Shown one piece after another: positions 38,101 through 51,561 of a stretch of DNA of 64,000 nucleotides; position 1 is the stretch's first letter; each line of letters starts with the position of its first letter. The translations under genes and the position numbers were made by a program. Origin of the DNA: Adineta vaga (lineage: Eukaryota; Animalia; Rotifera); contig CP075497.1 in assembly GCA_021613535.1 (NCBI GenBank), forward strand, positions 13,829,211 through 13,893,210, given 5' to 3'. The notes under the pieces were generated by a model, which had not been told where the DNA came from, did no database searches, and saw only the letters and a program-made list of their open reading frames with translations.

Positions 38101-41100
38101 TAATATATTGAAAATTTGTTCCATAAGCTGTTATAATAGCATTGCCATGATTTGTACTTCGTAACAAGGAGAGAAGACGAGCAAACACTGTAGGAGCATA
38201 TGATTTACTGTCTTCAATAATTGAATCAATTTGTATATCAAAGATTTTTTGTGATATAAGATTGCCAGTGACAAAACTTGATAAAAGTAATTGATCTATT
38301 GAATTATTTACAGACTGAATAGAAAGATTACATAATTCTGCAAGAAATCGAAAATGAGCTGAGAAAAAACGACGATAATCCTTAGTATCATAGGTAGATA
38401 GATCAAAAACTAGACCTGATGTTATATTTATTCGCCATTCATTTGAAACAATTGGACTCGAACAAATCTAAAATTAATCAAAGATAAAATCAAAATAGAA
38501 TTTATTTTATAACTAAACTATTTTTTCAGCTTACTTCATGAAATTCAGGTCGAATATTGATAAATTTGTTATACAGCGAAGAAACAGATGAACAAGGACA
38601 TTGAATCGTATCATCATATTCAGCCAATAGGCGGTTGTATATCATGAGGGATGGTTGAGAAACAGTTTTTGTTAGAATTCGTGGTTGAATGATCATATAA
38701 AAGCTGAAAATGACAAAACTTATAATTAGTAAGATAATGTAGAGCCGTGTTGCCCAACGACCAAGACTTTTCGATTGTAAACGATCAATATTACTTCCAA
38801 AAGTTCGTATTGGAAATATGTTTACATTGATTAATGTAGTATATGACTTCATGATTAGATTTCGCATCATTTGTTTGATTCGATTGAGTATTGGTGGACG
38901 ATCTATAAAGAAAACGACAAATTAAAAAAAAAATTTTTATATTCTATTAGACACGTATAAAACATTGATCAATCATATATTAACAAACTAACTTTGCTCT
39001 TGTCTGTTGATCTTTGGCTCTAGTAATTTATAGATAAATTGAATAAGTTGAGATATGATTAAACGTAATATTATACAAAGACCACCAATTGTAGATAATA
39101 CTTTCATTATTATTCCAAAGAAATTGAAAGTATGTTTTGTATTAATATAAGTACAATAAGTCGGTGCACAACCTTCATAATAACTATCGAATGATGATAC
39201 ATTATTCCATTGATCTACCATCATTTCTTTCACTATGGTTGAAAGTAGAGTATCCGGAGGAAAACGACTAGTCTTTTGATCATATATAAGAGGACGAACT
39301 TGCACCCATGATATATTGTATACAGGGGCACCTAAAAAAGCATTGACTACCGTATTATATTGTAATTGTATACACCAATCCAAATGATAACATTTGAGTG
39401 TTGAAAGTAGCAAAGTGTCAAAGGTGGAACATCCAAGGATTATTCCAGGATCCATATCATCTTTGGATGGAATGCCAATAGTACAATACGGATCCGTAGC
39501 ACAAGTACAAGTCACATCTTCTTCATATGAAGATATGAAATAGAATTGTAACTAAAAAGAACAAAAATTTTATCTTTAGTACAGCATCGATTGAAAATAG
39601 GGATAATTTCAACTAATGGTCTACCTGAAATGGTTGCTGATTTCTAAATCCAACTGTCGTATTTGTAAGCTTTATCCCGGCATTTCTCGCGTATGCAAAA
39701 GGTTGGTCTATTTGAGTAAAAAGACGTGCTATATCAACAAGAAGATGAAAATTGACAATTAATGACTGCATAAATTGGTTGATAGTTGTGTTTAGTTGTG
39801 CATAAAAATCTAAATCGATCAGTACATCTGAAGTGATTATAGTCTGTTCATAAAAGCGATTGATAGCATCATTTAGTGTTTTATTAGATAATTGACAAAG
39901 ACCAGATAACAATCGAAAATGTGTTGCCGTAAAACCAAGAAAAACATATCGAGCACTAGTTGAACCGTCGGTATAAATCACGTCATAAAATGAATCGAGC
40001 AAAATCCAAGACTCAGTTATATAATCACTTGAGCATATTCGATGTAAAACTGGTGATAATGAAAGAAATTTACCATAGGGTATCGCTGCATTTGAACAAG
40101 AACATCTGAATGTATTTGGATATAGATCTTTGAGATACTTATAGTTAGATAATGTTGGATTAGATACAATCATTGCAGTCATTTCAGTACTTATCGATGT
40201 AAATATAATAATCAACAGAATTGAACCTTAAATGATAGAAAAAATAAAACAATAAAATAAATCAATGTTCATTAAAAATATCATTAGATTTTATTTGACA
40301 GAACTGAATCATACATTATCATTATTCGAATTGTATATATAACTGTGTATGAATTCGAGTTGTGATCGATACAACAAAGAGTTCAGTAATCAGTCAAATC
40401 ATACCTGTAAGTAAAAATAAATATATGCGTGTAGTGACATGTTGTTTATCAAGATCAGTTGCTGTTTGATGATGGATAGATTTGAATAAATTTAATTGTT
40501 TTAACCATTGAATAAATTTTCTAATATATGTGATTGTCTGTACTAGAAATCAAAAATATAATATATATATATAAGAATAAGTTTCATTTTTCGTTTTCAT
40601 TTATACTATTTTCAGTGTTACGTCTTGATAAATGATATTTGATTTGCGATAAACTTTTCACTAAGAATAGTACAACTATGCGTAATATCATTGTAATACC
40701 ACCATATAAACTGATTAGTAATGTGATTGAAAAGGTAATATTCATATGATCAACTTTTGTATATGTACAATTATTAGGAGCACATCCAGCAAAATATTTC
40801 GAATAATCTACTTTTGTTGACCATTGTTCAATGAACAAGTTATTCACACTTTCTTGTACAGATATATTTGATCTATCTAAAGATGAAAGACCATAAGTCC
40901 AATTTAAGTTTACCTAAATAAGAAAAAACATTATTATAAAAGATAATGTTTCAAAATGAATATATACTTTGCTTAGAGCTGGAAAATAATTCGGAAAGAT
41001 TTGAAGACAAGTGATATTATAAAGACAATCAAGTGTACTTGCAAGTAAAGCATCAAGTGGAATACAACCTCCATAGAATCCATTCACCATTGCAGAAGCA

Positions 41101-42750
41101 TTAGGTATTGACCAGAGCGGATTGATAGGCCAAAAGACATGACGTCTCGAACTTACATCTAGTGATAATGAATAAAAGCCAGCAGGAGCTGTTTTACTGT
41201 TTAAATAGCATGGAAAGCCTAAAACAATACTAGAGATAGATGTGCGTGCACTCGTAGTATAAACTTCATAGAAAAGAAAACTATCGATCTTTATCAGTAG
41301 TTTCCCTTGTGTGAGATTAAAGTTGATTTCGAAGAGTCTAAAATATTGACATCGGATGTTAGTTTTCTTTTAGATATGAAAGCTCGCATATTTTTTTAAA
41401 ATTAACTCGATGATACCAGCGCATACCTATGCCCATAGCGATAAGATCTTTATCAAAATAATATGTTGGCATTTGATTAATAAAAGGCGGTGTATATTGT
41501 GAATATACAAAAATTATAGTATTGGTATTGAGAGCAGAATATAAAGAATTTGCACGAGTTGTTATTTGTATGAAATTTAAGGGTGAAACTATTTGAGCAA
41601 GGATGTTAGTTCGAGCAATTCGAACATTTTCATCAGTATAAGATTGAACTTCACTTTCTTGTAAGAGTTGAATGGTAATAAGTTGAGTCTTATTGAAATC
41701 AACAATGCCTTGAAAAACTGTTTTTTCACACAGTGAACAAAGTGCGGCAAGAAGTTTAAACTATATATGAAATTAAAAGATTATGTGTTGTAGAAATTAT
41801 TAAAATATTTTTGCTGTCTATTGAAAAAAAGGATAGTCCTGAGTATTTTTACAATAATTCAAGGACAGAGATGGTTATAATGTTCTACATACCGTTTTGT
41901 TGGAAATAAGACTTCGAATGATATGCTTCAACTTACTTTTTTGTTTCTGTTTTAGCAACGTTACATGATAGAGCACGTCTACCTCTACGAAATAGACACA
42001 TAAAAATAGAAAAATAAATAAAAGCATATCGTTCGAAATCGACATGATTTTATGCCCCATATAATGCTAAATCTCTTAGGGCAAATTGCATTGCAAGTCG
42101 TTAAATCTTTCCGTTGTTCAGTTTATATTGTAGAAATACTCACAACTATTCTATTTTGAACAAATAGCAGCTATAAAATTTATTTACTTGAGCACTAGCT
42201 GTTATTCGAAAATCCACGACTAAATATGCACTTGCATATTCTAGATAAAGTGCTCGAATCCATTCTTCACTAACAAAAACACTTGAACATATTGGATGAA
42301 ATGAAACTGTCGTTGACACAAATATATCATACGATGCTGTAATATTTGTACATGGACATGAAAGTGTTTTTCCATGTTTTTCATAAAGTTGTTTGAAAAG
42401 AGATGGAGTAATATTTGATATAGTAATGATTTCAGTTTGTGGTCGAATTAATTCAACAAAAAAGAAAATATAAATAATAACTAGAAAAGAAAAGAATAGA
42501 AATATGTTTTTTGTCGTTTATATTTAATGTAAATGCCAAACAAGAATCAATCATTTCATACCTATATTTTAATTTACTTACTGATGAGAAAAGGAATATA
42601 AAATCTAGTAGCATATTTCTGATGTTTTAAAATTGTTTGTTGATCTTCTGATTCATTATTTTGATCAACATATTCATCATCTTCGCTAATAAATATATTA
42701 TAGTTTTGTATTTGTTTATCGATTGATTCAAGGAAATTTTTGATTTTCAT
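35178..42750 (-). CDS. Large multi-exon membrane protein: three repeats of a TM-flanked Cys-rich module plus C-terminal FG-GAP/VCBS repeats
   Basis: Repeated YATR.YI-TM, CPCS, (V/I)CSS, GC...LL.STL.C.Y, W...Y..YF..C.P..C.Y and GG-TM motifs. The last exon (35178-36314) has D(F/I)N.D...D(L/I) repeats. Candidate ATG at 42750. Confidence 0.8.
36761..37132. mobile_element. Intronic pogo/Tc1-type MITE
   Basis: TA|CAGTAAAACCTCT ... AGAGGTTTTACTG|TA. Confidence 0.85.
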
Positions 42751-44099
42751 ATTAAATATTAATTTAAATCTCTAAATTTACTTGTGTACAATATCAATCA
42801 TATGGATGCGAATAAAACAGATTGATTATTACAATTGAATAATATTGAAGAATACACTAATCATATATTCCATATTCAATTGAATTCATATTATAAATCT
42901 AAATAAAATGTGTTGAATTAATTTAGATCGAAATATAATCATATATTCACGAAATTACTATTGATAAAGACGAGCAAACAAATCAAAGATTGAACTCAAA
43001 TGAACAGGAAAAAAAATAAGAAATGAACATTTTTATGATCATTTCATATTATTTATATGAATTTTTAAGAAGTAAAATTCTATATAATGAATATTTATTG
43101 AAGCAAAAAAGAAGAATATAATAGAAAAATTTTAATTTATTTTATATCAATTACAACAGAGAAAACGCTAAGTTATTTAATGTTTCGAACTAAAAAAGGA
43201 CAAAATTAAAGTTAAAATAATACCTCGAACTAAATAAGCTATTACAAAGTTGTTAATGCAATTCATATGACATTAAAAGTGTGAAACACAATGAATTTTC
43301 ATCTATTCTGCAAGAGATAAGTAGTTTCTTTGGTTTTTCGTCAATACTATCAGATAGAAGAGAATCCACATTTCTGCATTTAAACACTTCAGTACTCTTT
43401 TTCAGAGAGTGTTCCTTAAAGATATATTAAATTTTTTCATAATAAAGACCTTCATTAAGGAACACATTCAGATAGATCCGTCTTTTGCATATTTCTAATA
43501 CCTGAATTAAACTAATATCAAGTTGTTTATTTTTTGTTCGATTAATTTTTAAAATATTCTATTCTCTGTTCTATTTGAAATAAAAGAAAGGAAATTGAGT
43601 AGAAATGATTTCTCGTTATATTTCATTTTCTATTCATTACTTCAAAGTTTTTGTCGTTTTTTGTTATCGTAATTGTTGCTTCGTGATGAAATAACTAGTA
43701 AGTTGACAATTACATTCTTTGCTCACTACTCAATGATTTGTATTAGTTTTTCTTTTTTTCTTTTTGTTCTTATCTGTTACAATTTCATTTCTTTTAATGA
43801 GCAAAAAGAGGTTTCTAGTCATTGTGACTTTTGAAGATAGAATAGCACCGATACGTTCAGCTATTACAGTCATCACTTATTTCCATAACTTTGATTTGTT
43901 AGTATTTCAAGAAACGTACAACATGATACTAAATTATAGTTTTAGAAAGAAATTCTTTTTCTCTTTAATTTAAATCCGGTCAAATATTCAATAAATAGAA
44001 TTCTTTTCTAAAAACAAATAATAAATAATTCGATTATTTTATAAGAAACACAAGATGTTGAATAGATCATGTAGTTTGATTGGATAATTGATGAGATAT

Positions 44100-44213
44100 A
44101 ATTCTCTCGACTGAAAGGAGGGTCATATGAAATAAAATAGTTTGTATATCTGTCTGTCTGTGGCTGTCAGGGTCAAAGGTCAAAAAAAACATTTTTTTCG
44201 GAAAATGGATCGG
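44100..44213 (+). repeat. Truncated copy of the Helentron/HINE-like repeat head also found at 50101 and 50675
   Basis: Shared ctcga(c/t)tgaaaggagggtcatatgaaa...tgtctgt...tcaaaggtca. Confidence 0.7.
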
Positions 44214-44556
44214 TGTGAAGCTAGCACGACGAAACAGTATGTTGCCTAAAAACTTTTAAGAAGTGTGTTCCGTCCATAGAAACTAGTCCATTCGACTCAG
44301 AATTTAATTCTACGTCGAATGGTGCTACTTTTATTCACGGGACAAATTTTGGAAAAATTTTATCTTGGTTTTTGTCTCGTACATGGGCGAAAAATAAAGT
44401 TATAGGAAAAACATTTTCCAAAGTTTGTCCCGTGAATAAAAGTAGCACCATTCGACGTAGAATTAAATTCTGAGTCGAATGGACTAGTTTCTATGGACGG
44501 AACACACTTCTTAAAAGTTTTTAGGCAACATGTTGTTTCGTCGTGCTAGCTTCACA
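44214..44556. repeat. Long inverted repeat (arms ~143 bp, spacer ~55 bp), foldback/MITE-like
   Basis: tgtgaagctagcacgacgaaaca...gggacaaattttggaaaa pairs with ttttccaaagtttgtccc...tcgtgctagcttcaca with few mismatches. Confidence 0.93.
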
Positions 44557-45583
44557 TCAATATAAATCAAATAATATTATTGGCCTTTGTAGGAATTTTC
44601 ACGAGACAAAATAAATACAATGATGAAAGTATAGCCTGTTTAAATATATGTTTAAAAAAATACTTTCAACCTCTACATAATAACCGTAAAATTGTTTCTA
44701 AATGTGTGAAATTATTTATGAATAATACTTTTTATTTTGATAGAAGTCAAGATCAATTACTGGTGTATCCATCTATCATTCAAATATTAACAGATATTCT
44801 AACAAACGAAACTAATTATTATTACTATTTGTTTGTTCTTTTTGAATTATGATTTTGACATATGCAGGACAAGAAGTTCTATCATTAAATCCTTGAGAAA
44901 TATCGATTTGATTTGTTTGCAAGCGATGTTTCATAAAAAACAACATTTATTTGTTTTTGAGATTACGAAAATGAAAATATGATGACACGTTATTTGTTTT
45001 TAAAACCAGATATTGATTATATCTTTCACAATTATCTCTGTTGCACCATTTGACTTTGTTAGAAGAAAAGTACAAAATGATTCACGTTTTTCTTTTCAAA
45101 CTACTGATAGACATAAAAAAAGTACGAAAAAAAACAACTAATTTTTGCGTTCTGTCAGAACGTTGAAGGAAAAAAAATCACTTACTCTTACGTTCTGTCA
45201 CTCGATATTAATTGAATTTATATGCTATGTTCATTGTTTATAATATACAAATAGAAAAAAAAGAGATTTCTAGATGATGTTTTCCAGGTGTTCTATAACT
45301 TATAATTGAACATTTAGTTCAAAAATTTGTTTAATTTATATATCTCTCTCGAAACAATAACTCTTGTTAGATCATTTTCATGTAATATTATTATTCATCA
45401 TAACCATACACAGTTCCTTTTCTTTCTTTGATGGTTCTATTAAGCAAGTTATTTAAATAGACGAATATTTTTATCTTTTGACATTAGAAATGGATTTGTT
45501 AACCTTTTCTATCATAGTCTTCAAACATTGGAATAAAAACGAAAGAAAAAGAAATATTTACATAGAAAATTGATTTCATTATT

Positions 45584-45820
45584 ATGGGTAAACCTGCATG
45601 GATCTATGCAGATGCAACGGTTAGATATCAAAATGGCATAAAAGCTATGCTTGAAAATGATGATTTGAAAGTAATCGAAGTTGAAAAATGTCATTGGGGT
45701 GTTTGGAATTATATTGCATTTTGGTTATCAGATGCAATAAATATAGGTATATGGATGGTAATTAGTGCTATTATAGGAAATGATCGGAATTTATCTTGGT
45801 GGGTGTACCAACATCTATAG
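45584..45820 (+). pseudogene. N-terminal fragment of an NCS1 nucleobase permease (fungal Fur4/Dal4-like)
   Basis: ENDDLKVI...HWGVWNYIAFWLSDAINIGIWMVISAII...LSWW matches the NCS1 TM1 region; no downstream exons were recognised. Confidence 0.6.
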
Positions 45821-46020
45821 AATCATCATTCAGAATATCTCGTAGACATTTATTTCGATCTACGATTGAAATATAGTTACCTTTCTATTCATCGTAATAT
45901 CAAGATTACGTCATACCTTCACAACCTTTCATAAGAAATATTCCCTTAGTAACTACTTATATAATCACATCAGAATATACTTTTCGATACTTATAAATAG
46001 AAAAAGCCATTGAAGGAATT

Positions 46021-46349
46021 CGTTACGAAATCACTCTGAGCACAAATGATATAACGTACTCTAAGAACAAAGGAATGAAGGAGTATATAAAGGAGGAGGA
46101 AGAAGCGATGGAGGGGACTGTTGATTGAGTGAAAAGTGTGGATATAGGAGTGGATATACAAGAAGCAACCGAACGGTGATTGTCGGATAGAGAAGAACAA
46201 CTGAAAGAGAAGTTATTCCCTCAGATCGGTTATATCTTTTTGGTTTGGTGTTCAATCAATTTTTATGTGTGTGATTACTTTGTGTTCAAATAAATATCAG
46301 TGAACTTGTGACAGCTTGGATCAAGTTCTACGGTTACAAAATTGTTACA
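46021..46349 (+). mobile_element. Possible solo LTR
   Basis: (C)GTTACG...TGTTACA ends, TATATAAA at ~46085 and AATAAA at ~46289; no TSD found. Confidence 0.35.
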
Positions 46350-48609
46350 CATGTTTTCGTTCTCGTCCTTTCTGTATATATGACATATGCTCTCTCTTGT
46401 ACCTGCTAGAAACTTCTCTTATTTCTGTCATTTTCTAGCGGGCTCCTTGATTTTCTTCATAAAAACCTATATAAACCCATTCACAGAGATAGTAAAATCA
46501 TGATATATTTCACTACATACAACTATTATACGAATACATATGGATTCGAAAAAACGCTCCGATTCCAATCAATCGAAACACTGGTCTCGATATTCCAAGC
46601 ACTCCAGTGATGAATCCAACGACGAAGATGATGATGCTGATAATGATTCTGAAGATGACGAGATACCTTCTACTCTTCAAGATAGTTCTGACGAATCAGA
46701 TGGTGGCGTGGTTGAAAAGGATTCAGATGATGAATCTGATGCTAGCACTGTTGAAACTGGAAGTAACAGTGATGATGAACCACCTAGACGCCGAGCAAAA
46801 CGTCAACCACAAGTTGAACAATCACCGGTTCAAATATTTACAGCAAAATCTGGACGTCAGTGGACATCAAAGGAACCTCCCAAACGAAAAATACCATCAG
46901 CTAATATCTTACGACAGCAAAATGGTGTTGGGCGACCAGCTACAGGTATACAAACAATTAAAGAAGCATTTCAGGTTCTGATCACTCAAGAAATGGTTCT
47001 TATTTTGGTGAAGGAAACTAATCGACGAGCTCATCTGATCTTGGAACAATGGAATAAGAACAATTCTGGTAAAGAATACCAATGGAGGGATACGAACCTT
47101 GAAGAAATGTGGGCTTTCATTGGGCTTTTACTCCTTGCAGGTGTTCATCGAGCGAAGAATGAGACTCTGGATGAATTGTGGTCAATGATCAATGGACGAC
47201 CTATATTTCGAGCAACTATGAGCAAGAATCGTTTCAAAGCCTTACTTCAGTTTTGTCGATTCGACAATACAACAACACGAGAGGAACGACTGAAGTCAGA
47301 TAAACTAACAGCAATACGAGATTTATGGACAATGTTCTTAGCTCGATTACAAATATGCTACACGCCTGGTGGATCGCTCACGGTAGACGAACAGCTTATT
47401 CCAACGCGTGGTCGTTGCAGTTTTCGTCAATATATGCCTAGTAAACCTGGGAAATATGGACTGAAGATCTTTTGGTGTTGTGACTCAAATACAGCATATC
47501 CTTTGAATGCCGAAGTTTATCTTGGTCGTCAACCTGGAGCAGCAGCTGCAGCTAAAGATACAAATCGAATTCGTAATTTAGTGAAACGATTAGTACATCC
47601 TTGGATCAATACAGGACGAACCATTACTACAGACAACTATTTTACCAGCGCAGAGTTGGCAGAAGATTTTCTAGGTGTTCAAACAACTCTTGTAGGAACT
47701 ATTCGACGAAATAAAAAGGAAATTCCACGAGAGCTGCAACCAAATACTCAACGTCCTGAGCAATCATCGATATTTTGTTTTGATCGACAGTTAACACTAG
47801 TTAGTTATGTACCTAAAAAATCACATGCCGTGATTCTGTTGTCATCTCTTCATCATGATCAGACAATTGTCGACGATGAAAAGAAAAAGCCAGAGATTAT
47901 TTTATATTACAATAGCACAAAAGGTGGTGTTGATCATATGGATCATATGGTTCAAACTTATTCGTGTAAACGAAAGACAAAACGATGGCCAATGACTTTC
48001 TTTTTCAACATACTTGATCTTGGTGCTCTTGCTGCTTTTGTCGTATGGATGAACCAAAAATCCTCAATGGAATGAAAAGGAAAACTACCGTCGACGTCTA
48101 TTTCTAATGGAACTAGGTTATGATCTTGTTCAGTTGCATCTGGATCGACGACAACATCAACCACAGGCACTTCAAAAGAACGTTCTAGTGGCTATGCAAG
48201 CGATTGGACTAACTGTTACTACTTCACACCCAACTATTGTTTCAAAAGCTACTACTAAACAACGGTGTCATCTGTGCCCAAGAGAGCGTGATCGCAAGGT
48301 TATGACTCACTGTTCAAGTTGTAATGCTCCCTGTTGTCCAGACCATCACAAAGTTGTTTGCACGACGTGTAGCGAAAAATTTTTAGGATAAAAGTGGATT
48401 ATACGAAAGTGTTTTAGAAATAAACGATAAAAGAACGAAATATAGTTTCTTTTTTAAGCTATTGAATGTTTAAGAGACAAACTATATACCACATAATACT
48501 ATCATAGTATACTACTTGAAAGGTGTATTGTACCTATCTTATTGGGTTGGGGTCCATGCGGACCCCAGGTGGGAAATAAGTGGTAGTCCTACGGGTGGGC
48601 GGATGAGGG
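46350..48609 (+). mobile_element. piggyBac element; right end intact, left TIR missing
   Basis: Right terminus ...GGCGGATGAGGG|TTAA at 48609/48610; subterminal palindrome ggggtcc-atgc-ggacccc. Confidence 0.85.
46540..48391 (+). pseudogene. piggyBac DDD transposase with one frameshift near 48056-48060
   Basis: Acidic N-terminus; VDEQL, YMPSKPGKYGLK, TDNYFT and GGVDHMD motifs. The shifted frame continues RRRLFLMELG...RCHLC...CSSC..PCCPDH. Confidence 0.92.
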
Positions 48610-50100
48610 TTAATAACGTTGAAAAGATTTCTTCCATCAAATTATATTGATATTGTTCATACTTTACATCGTGTTGCTAATACATATATTGAATTGCAAA
48701 ACAACTATGATCAAGCTTTTCATTATTATCAACAATGTTTGAAGATTTTAGAAGAGTATTACTCATGAAATATTCCAACGATTTCTCATGCACTCAACAA
48801 TATGGGACATTTTTATTATAAACAAGTAAAATATGATGATTCTCTGAGATTACTTGAAGATCATCATTCAACGGATCATATTGAATTAACTACGACTTTG
48901 ATGAATATTGCTAATACTTTATTAAATCAAGAAAAACTCGATGAAGCTATGAATATTTATCAACGAGTTTTACTCATTCAATAAAAGACATATTCATCGG
49001 ATCATTTCCATATTGCGCAAAACTTCATCAACCTCGCGTATATATCAAGAAAGAAAAACCAATATGATAAAGCTTTAGAATTATATCAAAAAGCATTAGT
49101 AATACAAAAGAAATACTTTCCATTTGGTCATTCAGCGATTATTTATACACTTGAATGTCTTGCTACTGTTTTCAGTGATCAACGACAATATAATCAAGCT
49201 ATTAATTATCATGAACAAGTCATAGAAATGAAAAGAAGACTTTTTCCAAGTAATCCAGTAAAAATTGCCGATAGCTTAAATAATATTGCAAATATTTTCT
49301 CCAAACAAGAAAAATATGAACAAACACTCGGTCTTCAACAACAAATTTTACTTATTAATAAAAAATTCTATTCACCTAATCATGTTCAAATAGCTACAAG
49401 TCTTAATAACATCGGCGAAGTAGTTGTTTATCTAATGAAAAAATACGAAGAAGCTTTGAAGTATTTTCAAGAAGCATTAGATATTGACAAAATACTAAAC
49501 CCTCTATCCAAGAATATTCATATGATCCATAGTCAACTGAAATATAATGATGCTATTATTTATAATGAACAAGCAGTAAACATTCGAGAAAAGTTGGATC
49601 AATACAATTATGAATCAATATCTCAAATACTTTACAATATTTCATATTCATTTCGAAAACAAAATCAATTCGATGAAGCAATGGAATATCAACAACGATC
49701 GTTGAATATTCGAGAAAAACATCAAACGTTTGATTACGATAATATTGCAGATAATTACATATATATGGGTCATATACAGAATGATCAGAGAAAATTTGAT
49801 GAAGCAATGGATTTCTGTACAAAAGGATTGAAAATCTATGAAGAATTTTGTCCGTTTAAACATGATAAAATTACATTATATCTTGAGCATATTGCATTGA
49901 ATTTTGACAATCAAGGAAATTATACTCAAGCACTTGAATATCGAAGAAAAATTGAAAAAATTGAAAAAGAAAATTATCTATCAATTTATTCGACAATTGC
50001 TGATAGTCTTAATGAAATTGGGCATATACTCTGTAAACAAGAAAAATTGAATCAGTCATTAGATTATTATCAAGAAGCAAGGAGAATTTTCGAAGAATAT

Positions 50101-50844
50101 TATTCCCTCGATTGAAAGGAGGGTCATATGAAAAAAAATAGTTTGTTTGTCTGTGTCAGGATCAAAGGTCATAAAATTAGATTTTTCGGTAATCACGATA
50201 AAACTTAACTAAAAGGGTAATCGAGGCCAGGGATGACGAATATGATGTTAATTCTGACTAGTTATTAACTAATTAGTTAATTAATTAGTATTATTTCTCA
50301 TAAAATTTGACCAAACGATTTTCTGGGTCAATGATCAAGAATCTGGTGTTCCTTTTGATTTATTACTAACTGATTGGCTAATTAATTATTAATTAATAAT
50401 ATTTTAAATAAAACTTCGCCAAATAGTCATCAGATGTGAGGATCACGAATATGACGTTAGTTTTAACTGATTATTAGTTATTAATATTCTCAATAATACT
50501 TCACCAAAAGGTAATTGGGAGGAAAGAATATGAATATGATATTAGTTTTCAAAATTTTTTTCCGAGTTTTCTTCTGAAATATTGAACTAAGTTTTACAAG
50601 AAAAACTAATGGGGTTTGTAAGGGTTCACCGAAGGGTTATAGAGGTTCAGGATTCGAATTTGATGTTAGTTGTTCCCTTGGCTGAAAGGAGGGTGATACG
50701 AAAAAAAGTGGCCGAAAAACGAAAATGCGTTTGTGTTTGTGTCTGTCGTAGGTCGAAGGTCAAATACATATACACTAATACAAAGTATGAAGATATCTAT
50801 AGGTGTTCAAGCCTTATATAAAGAGTTGCACAGCAGTTCTCTAG
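50101..50844 (+). mobile_element. Helentron/HINE-like non-autonomous element with internal ~85-125 bp subrepeats
   Basis: 5' TATT-CCCTC...GAGGG hairpin, TGTC microsatellite-like tract, recurring gat.acgaatatga.gtt cores, a second head at ~50675, and a 3' hairpin followed by CTAG|T. Confidence 0.6.
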
Positions 50845-51561
50845 TCCTATGAGAATGGTTGGTTACTGAATCAGATAACCCACAGCCTCGCTCAATATAG
50901 AAATGATGAGGGACAGTTCCTATTGTTTGCAGGAACGGAAGAATATGTGTTTCAAAGATTGAAAATGGGATGGTTGCGGAGCGGCGAGTCGTGAGTGACG
51001 CCCCATCGGGACGCCGATGAACGACGAGCTGCTCTCGATAATATCTTCTGATATACCGATGAAGAAAATCAACCGAATTGGCAGTGAAATCTCTTGAAGA
51101 ATCGCACCCTGTTTATCGATATTTATGGTTCTGTTCGAAATAGAGGCATAGTTGAAGATGGTAACGTCATTGTGATTGCTCTAAGAAATTTATCATTTTA
51201 TTTGGACAGTTTTTTCCATTTCCAAACATCTAATAAATGGGACGAATGACACTATAGGTGGAAGTTGGTTAGATTAGAACTGTGGCAGAAATAAGGATCC
51301 TTTTCGACAAACCATTTCCGACGAAATCTCTGCCTTTTCGTGTGTAAAACGTTTTGGGAGGTACTTGAAGGTGAGGTATAAAGTCGGTCGAGAGTCAAGC
51401 GAGTCAGCCTCGACGAGCGTTATAGTTAACCTAGAATTCCCTCTTGAGAAAGCACTATGCAATGTCCTTATCATGATTTATGTGAGTCTTTTGATGACTC
51501 AACAAAAACTGCTTGAAGTCAAGTATATATTCAATCTGCTAGATTAATTTATATTTGGAAT

